A DNA stretch of 20,000 nucleotides from IMG/VR virus record IMGVR_UViG_3300017992_000022, one strand, 5' to 3'. This document shows, piece after piece, positions 15,834 to 20,000 of the stretch (positions are counted from its first letter, which is position 1; every line of letters starts with the position of its first letter). The notes under the pieces are model-generated. The model saw nothing but the letters and a program-made list of their open reading frames with translations. It was not told where the DNA came from and searched no databases. Source of the stretch: an uncultured virus (IMG/VR IMGVR_UViG_3300017992_000022). Lineage: Duplodnaviria; Heunggongvirae; Uroviricota; Caudoviricetes. Made by a program: the position numbers and the translations under genes.

Positions 15834-16213
15834 TGACCGATGTCCCCCAACGATACCTCCTCATCGAGCTCAAGGAGGATATCTTGCTCACGCAAGAACG
15901 CGAAATCATCCCCCAGGACTACCTGGGTGGCCTCAGCAGTCTTAGTGTGGGTGGCCACAAACTTGATAAACAAGACCCTAGATCCAAGCTCGACCTGGAT
16001 GGGCAAACGTTTTGTCTTCTTGCGGTTCCACTCCCCCGGACCTTTCTTGACCACCCTGCCGATACGGAAGACGTGATCTGCTTTTGCGCTATCTGGCTTC
16101 ACGATAGACGGCGCTGCAGAAAAACTATCTGCGTCTTGTTCAAGGTAGACCAACATCTGTCCATTCATCGGGCGGACTGGAGGGATCTTGGTCCCTTTAG
16201 GCAGACCTTTCAT
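15830..16213 (-). CDS. groES: Co-chaperonin GroES (Cpn10) family protein
   Basis: VRPMNGQMLV ... IVKPDSAK ... GRVVKKGPG ... PIQVELGSRVLF.KF ... FLREQDILL; RBS AAGGAGG. Confidence 0.85.
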   Translation of the reverse strand: MKGLPKGTKIPPVRPMNGQMLVYLEQDADSFSAAPSIVKPDSAKADHVFRIGRVVKKGPGEWNRKKTKRLPIQVELGSRVLFIKFVATHTKTAEATQVVLGDDFAFLREQDILLELDEEVSLGDIGQ

Positions 16214-16225
16214 GCTTCCTCCTTC

Positions 16226-16519
16226 CTAAGCGTCAGAACCGGTAGGAAGGACAGAGAGATCGTCGCTCGGGACTTCCACAGACTCACCAGGTGTCTGCCG
16301 CTCTACGGAGTCACGGATCTGCTTCAAGAGCCACCCAGCAGGCTGCTTGATCTTGCTGTCAACACCCTCTGGGTGAAGGAAGTGGATGTTGTCGCCGATC
16401 AACGCCACCAGACGGGTGTCGCCGTACTGCTGACCATCTACGAACGTGGCAGCAAACACCTGCACCGGCTGCAGCTTTACAAGGGTCTTGGGCGGGTACT
16501 TAGTCATTCTCTGTCGCAT
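16226..16519 (-). CDS. Hypothetical protein
   Basis: RBS AAGGAG; 97 aa. Confidence 0.8.
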   Translation of the reverse strand: MRQRMTKYPPKTLVKLQPVQVFAATFVDGQQYGDTRLVALIGDNIHFLHPEGVDSKIKQPAGWLLKQIRDSVERQTPGESVEVPSDDLSVLPTGSDA

Positions 16520-16739
16520 TTTCTTCTCCTTGAAACTTCAACCCGAGGGTCGACTCTTGATTATGAGGAACGAACCGCCTCGATTGCGGAATGCCCAACA
16601 AAAAACGCAAGGGGGAAGGCTCCGCAAGACGACTACGAATGTAGTCAGATCCATACTCCGCGATCTTCTCCTCGATACTCCCTTTATCCAGTTCACCGCT
16701 AAACAGATCTTTCAAGATCTGTTCTTTTAAAGAACCCAT
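16500..16739 (-). CDS. Hypothetical protein (79 aa)
   Basis: ATG 16739 after AAGGTG, just past the previous stop. Confidence 0.7.
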   Translation of the reverse strand: MGSLKEQILKDLFSGELDKGSIEEKIAEYGSDYIRSRLAEPSPLRFLLGIPQSRRFVPHNQESTLGLKFQGEENATEND

Positions 16740-16741
16740 AA

Positions 16742-17089
16742 TCACACCTTCCTCGTGCGGTGCATCGGAGAAAAAAAGATCCTGGCCTTCTCCTGGCTCT
16801 CGTAGATCAAATTCACCTGCCCCGGATCTATATCCATAGCTACGGGAGGACGGGAACTGTTCGGGGCCTTCTGGAACATCCTGACGCAGAATTCGGTCCC
16901 GCTCTCCGCCAGTAGACGGACCAGATGGTGCAGCCACACCGCCACTTCTTCCAAGTCTTTGCCAGAAAACTCAAAATTGAGATTCTGCGAAGGAACAGAC
17001 CCTGGCTCGCTACGAAGAACTAATTCCCCGTTGTAGACCGTCTCTTGCGGAATACGTTGACAATACAGCTCTACGATCACTCTACTCAT
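16742..17089 (-). CDS. Hypothetical protein (115 aa)
   Basis: ATG 17089 (MSRVIVELYCQ) overlapping the previous stop region. Confidence 0.7.
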   Translation of the reverse strand: MSRVIVELYCQRIPQETVYNGELVLRSEPGSVPSQNLNFEFSGKDLEEVAVWLHHLVRLLAESGTEFCVRMFQKAPNSSRPPVAMDIDPGQVNLIYESQEKARIFFSPMHRTRKV

Positions 17090-17312
17090 CGTTGTAAACC
17101 CCCAGTGGTAGCCCGTGCAGATCTTCGAAAGGGCACTCCTTGGGACGGGGCACAAACGCTTCGTCCCAGTTCCCTTCGATTTCCAAATAGATGCAAAACA
17201 CAGTATTGGTTCCGACTTCCACCCGGCCATTTATCTTGCACCGAGGTACGGGACTAGGATAGAAAAAAGGGCAGCCGTCGCTGCAGTTCTTCCCCGTCCA
17301 GATGATCATCAT
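17082..17312 (-). CDS. Small Cys-rich protein (76 aa)
   Basis: ATGA overlap at 17312; CSDGCPFF..C..C..RPKECP. Confidence 0.75.
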   Translation of the reverse strand: MMIIWTGKNCSDGCPFFYPSPVPRCKINGRVEVGTNTVFCIYLEIEGNWDEAFVPRPKECPFEDLHGLPLGVYNDE

Positions 17313-17530
17313 TTGCCCCACTTCTCCTTCCAGAGCCCGGCGGCCTTCAGCTCGCGCTCGACCCGGCCCTTCCACCGGAGAGCGTTGTGGTTGAAGCCGA
17401 TGTGCTCGTAGCAGTCGTCGGTCATCTCTGCGATCAAGGCCAGAAGACGCCCGTTGACCTTGTCGGCCGCCTCGAGCTCCTTCTTGAGCTTTTCGATCTC
17501 TTCGTTCAACTCGTCCTCTAGTCCGAACAT
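17309..17530 (-). CDS. Small coiled-coil hypothetical protein (73 aa)
   Basis: TGATG overlap at 17530; GC3-rich. Confidence 0.8.
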   Translation of the reverse strand: MFGLEDELNEEIEKLKKELEAADKVNGRLLALIAEMTDDCYEHIGFNHNALRWKGRVERELKAAGLWKEKWGK

Positions 17531-18423
17531 CAGCAGAACTGCTCCACCACATCGCTCCACTGATCAGAGACGTCCTGGAGCTGTTGTCGTTCCTGTTGCT
17601 CGCGCTCGTAGAGCTCTCCCCAGAGGTCCGGGTCGCGCAGCTCGAGCACGTTGGTCTGGACCAGGTCCCGCAGAACGGCGGGGTCCAGGGCGTCGAGCTC
17701 CCAGCTCTGGTCCCCATAGAGCTCCCTGTAGCCCTGGAAGCGACTGTCGCTCTCCTTGGCGAAGTTGGGAGGCGGGTCGTACTGCTCCACCTGGTCCATG
17801 TTGAGGGCGATCCTCCTGACCTCCACGTCAGCGCCGAACACGTCGAAGCGATCGCTGTTGTCGCGCGTCATGTCCAGCCCCGATGGGTCGTGGTCGCCGA
17901 AGTGCAGCACGAAGGGCTTCTGCCCCGCACGCTGGTAGTTGATCATGCGGACACCTGCCCGCCACATCTCGCTCTGGCTCACGTTGCCCCGGCAGGCGAA
18001 GTAGTCGACGTCGAGCTCACGGCAGATGCCCTCGAAGACGCCGACCAAGGCCTCCTTCTCCACCCAGACCTCGACTCGGTTGGGCTGGTTGGCCCACTTG
18101 TCGATCTGGTAGGTCCTCACCAGGCCCTCGATGGCTGCCTCGGGCGATTCCTCGTGGTAGTTGCCCTCCAGGCTACGTGTGCGGTCTTCGATGGCGTCCC
18201 AGTCGATCAGACCGGCCAGGCGGCCCTTGTTGATGACAGCGCCGAGGCGCTTGTAGCTCTTCTGGTTGTTCTCGATGATGTCCCGTGCGACGAACTGGTA
18301 GTAGAGCTGCCGGAGCGTCAGATCAAGCCCTTGCGCCAGGTACTCCTGGACGATCTCATTCGCCTGCTCGATCAGCTCGAGGCTGGCGGGCCTGAAATTG
18401 TGCTCTCGGTAGCAGATCTTCAT
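17530..18423 (-). CDS. Topoisomerase VI subunit A / Spo11-like protein (winged helix plus Toprim; Mini-A type)
   Basis: LTLRQLYY (TxRxxYY helix carrying the candidate catalytic Tyr), VEVWVEKEAL (Toprim Glu), FGDHDPSG (DxD), WELDAL. Confidence 0.85.
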   Translation of the reverse strand: MKICYREHNFRPASLELIEQANEIVQEYLAQGLDLTLRQLYYQFVARDIIENNQKSYKRLGAVINKGRLAGLIDWDAIEDRTRSLEGNYHEESPEAAIEGLVRTYQIDKWANQPNRVEVWVEKEALVGVFEGICRELDVDYFACRGNVSQSEMWRAGVRMINYQRAGQKPFVLHFGDHDPSGLDMTRDNSDRFDVFGADVEVRRIALNMDQVEQYDPPPNFAKESDSRFQGYRELYGDQSWELDALDPAVLRDLVQTNVLELRDPDLWGELYEREQQERQQLQDVSDQWSDVVEQFC

Positions 18424-19010
18424 ACCTGCTCTCCTGGGTCTTCCTCGTCGTCGATCATCGTGGTGTCCGGAGCTGCCGGGAGGATCGGGTTGCCCTTCTC
18501 GTCAACCCTGGCAATGCCCATGCTGGGGACGCCGCTGCGGTCTGCCGGGTTGCGTCTGAGCCCCAGCTTGCTCTTGGAGGTCTGCTGGGTCTTCTGGAAG
18601 ATGCGCTGCTGGACCTGTGGCTCCAGCATGCTCCCATCGACCAGCCCCATCGGTTCCTCTTCGGGTGCCTCGGAGACCTCCCCACCGAAGATGTCCGCGC
18701 CGTCCGGGAAGTCCTCTGAGCCCTCTGGAGGCTCAAAACGCTCCTCCACACGACCAGAGAGCTCGGCCTGCGTGGCAACAGCCGGCTGCTGGCGGAACAT
18801 CTCGGTCTCCGGAGTGAAAGCCTTGGTCTCGGTGCCGTACTGCTCGCTGCTGTGGCCGTTCATGGCCATCTTGATGAGAGCCTGGGCGGCCTCGTTGGTC
18901 GTGGGCACGGAGAGGATGGACCCGTCCGGTGCCTGGACCTGTAGGATGTCCTCCATCTCCCTAGTTTCCAGATTGAAGGTCTGGCCGACCCCTACGATCG
19001 TAAACCTCAT
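18420..19010 (-). CDS. Acidic, probably largely disordered hypothetical protein
   Basis: RBS GGAGG; ATGA overlaps; E/P-rich; contains FPDGADIFGG. Confidence 0.85.
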   Translation of the reverse strand: MRFTIVGVGQTFNLETREMEDILQVQAPDGSILSVPTTNEAAQALIKMAMNGHSSEQYGTETKAFTPETEMFRQQPAVATQAELSGRVEERFEPPEGSEDFPDGADIFGGEVSEAPEEEPMGLVDGSMLEPQVQQRIFQKTQQTSKSKLGLRRNPADRSGVPSMGIARVDEKGNPILPAAPDTTMIDDEEDPGEQV

Positions 19011-19306
19011 GACTTTTCCTCCATCTCCACAGAGTCCTCAACGCGCACATCATCGCTCAAGTCGAGGCGCACGTAGGTGACGGGCATCTCGATGTGTAGG
19101 ATCATCTCGCCGTTCAGCATGTCGTTCTCGACCAGGGCGACGCACACTGGCTTCTCGTAGGAGAGCTCCACGCCGCAAATGCAGTGCGTGGGCACCTTAT
19201 ACTCGCCGCTCCTGTACTTCTCGTACGACTCCCTGTCGTAGACACAGATCGGAGAGTCGATGTGATGCGGCCACATGCAGCCACCCTCAGGGGTCTGGAA
19301 CTTCAT
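19007..19306 (-). CDS. Hypothetical protein
   Basis: RBS GGAGGAG before ATG 19306; HCICG motif. Confidence 0.8.
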   Translation of the reverse strand: MKFQTPEGGCMWPHHIDSPICVYDRESYEKYRSGEYKVPTHCICGVELSYEKPVCVALVENDMLNGEMILHIEMPVTYVRLDLSDDVRVEDSVEMEEKS

Positions 19307-19318
19307 GAACACTCCTCC

Positions 19319-19642
19319 CTACTTGATCTCCGGTGGACCAGGGTCTGACTCTCGGATCTGTCTAGCGTAAGCTGCAGCTTGAGATTGTTTTTCGATCCTT
19401 TTCACTGCGGCCCCAGCTTCGCTCTCATAGAAGTCGTTCTGCCTCTTGAGCTCAACAGCGATATTGGCGAAACTCTTTGCTTGCGCCCGCTGAATGTTCA
19501 AAAGCAAACAAGGCTTCCACAAGGGATCTGTTTCGCAACGCTCGTCGTAAGCCGTACAATCTAGACCACACGGCCTGCCGGGCTCTCGCCAGCAATATTG
19601 ATCTTGCTCTTCTCCAACAAAAGGGTTTTGATCGTCGTTCAT
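19319..19642 (-). CDS. Cys-rich hypothetical protein (107 aa)
   Basis: ATG 19642 after GGGAGG; CW....RPCGLDCTAY...C......C. Confidence 0.8.
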   Translation of the reverse strand: MNDDQNPFVGEEQDQYCWREPGRPCGLDCTAYDERCETDPLWKPCLLLNIQRAQAKSFANIAVELKRQNDFYESEAGAAVKRIEKQSQAAAYARQIRESDPGPPEIK

Positions 19643-19999
19643 AGCTTCTGGCCCTCCCGGAGCATGTCGAAGCACTTCTTATTGATCTGAGACGAGGTCA
19701 CCCAGCACTCCCGCTCGTCCTCGGCCTCCTTCAGCGGCCAGACCGAGCCGTGGCTCTCCACGTGCGGGATGCTGAAATAACAGCTCTGCAGCATCACCGT
19801 GCCTAAGCACCATGATGCCCATAACCAAGACCTTCTGGCCTTGGTGGAGCTCGGTCATGTTGTCGAGGCTGCGAATCAACTCGATCTTGTCCTCGTCGTT
19901 ATCCAGGGCGGCCAATCTCTGCTCGAACTCCTCGGTGACGATCTTGACTTCCCACCCGTCCCTGATCAAGCAAGTCCAGCCGAGCTTCTTGGACTTCGA
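19639..19999 (-). CDS. Hypothetical protein (5' partial) split by a +1 frameshift at about 19801-19807
   Basis: Codon bias moves from frame 0 to frame +1 at CTT AGG C; the +1 frame ends in an ATGA overlap with the next gene. Confidence 0.7.
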
Positions 20000-20000
20000 C

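Noticed and set aside
17584..19080. 498-aa plus-strand ORF
   Set aside because: Antisense to the TopoVI-A-like and acidic genes; the lack of stops is explained by codon bias, and it has no motifs.
1..20000. Stop-codon reassignment, CRISPR array, tRNA genes or IS elements
   Set aside because: TAA, TAG and TGA all end well-formed genes with tight coupling. No spaced direct repeats, complete cloverleafs or transposase motifs were seen.

Overview
Gene-dense, mostly hypothetical DNA typical of a large (possibly jumbo) tailed bacteriophage. Genes are tightly coupled by ATGA/TAATG overlaps. A + strand block (1-7149) holds small Cys-rich proteins, a divergent ATP-dependent DNA ligase and a YkgJ-type Cys-cluster protein. 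It converges at a double hairpin (7148-7189) on a long - strand block (7193-20000). That block includes a TopoVI-A/Spo11-like (Mini-A-type) protein, a GroES co-chaperonin, an amidase endolysin, a ribbon-helix-helix regulator, a DnaQ-like exonuclease, a GIY-YIG nuclease and a membrane-anchored matrixin-type protease. Most notable observations: (1) a broken gene at the right end whose frames switch at an in-frame CTT-AGG-C heptamer, the Ty1-type +1 frameshift signal; (2) a circularly permuted YkgJ domain; (3) the motif [YF]PDGA[DE]IFGG shared by two otherwise dissimilar acidic proteins; (4) a 62-nt three-way-junction element closed by a perfect 16-bp stem; (5) a GIY-YIG ORF that reads through a nested gene into a third module. 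All calls come from reading motifs by eye; no database searches were run.
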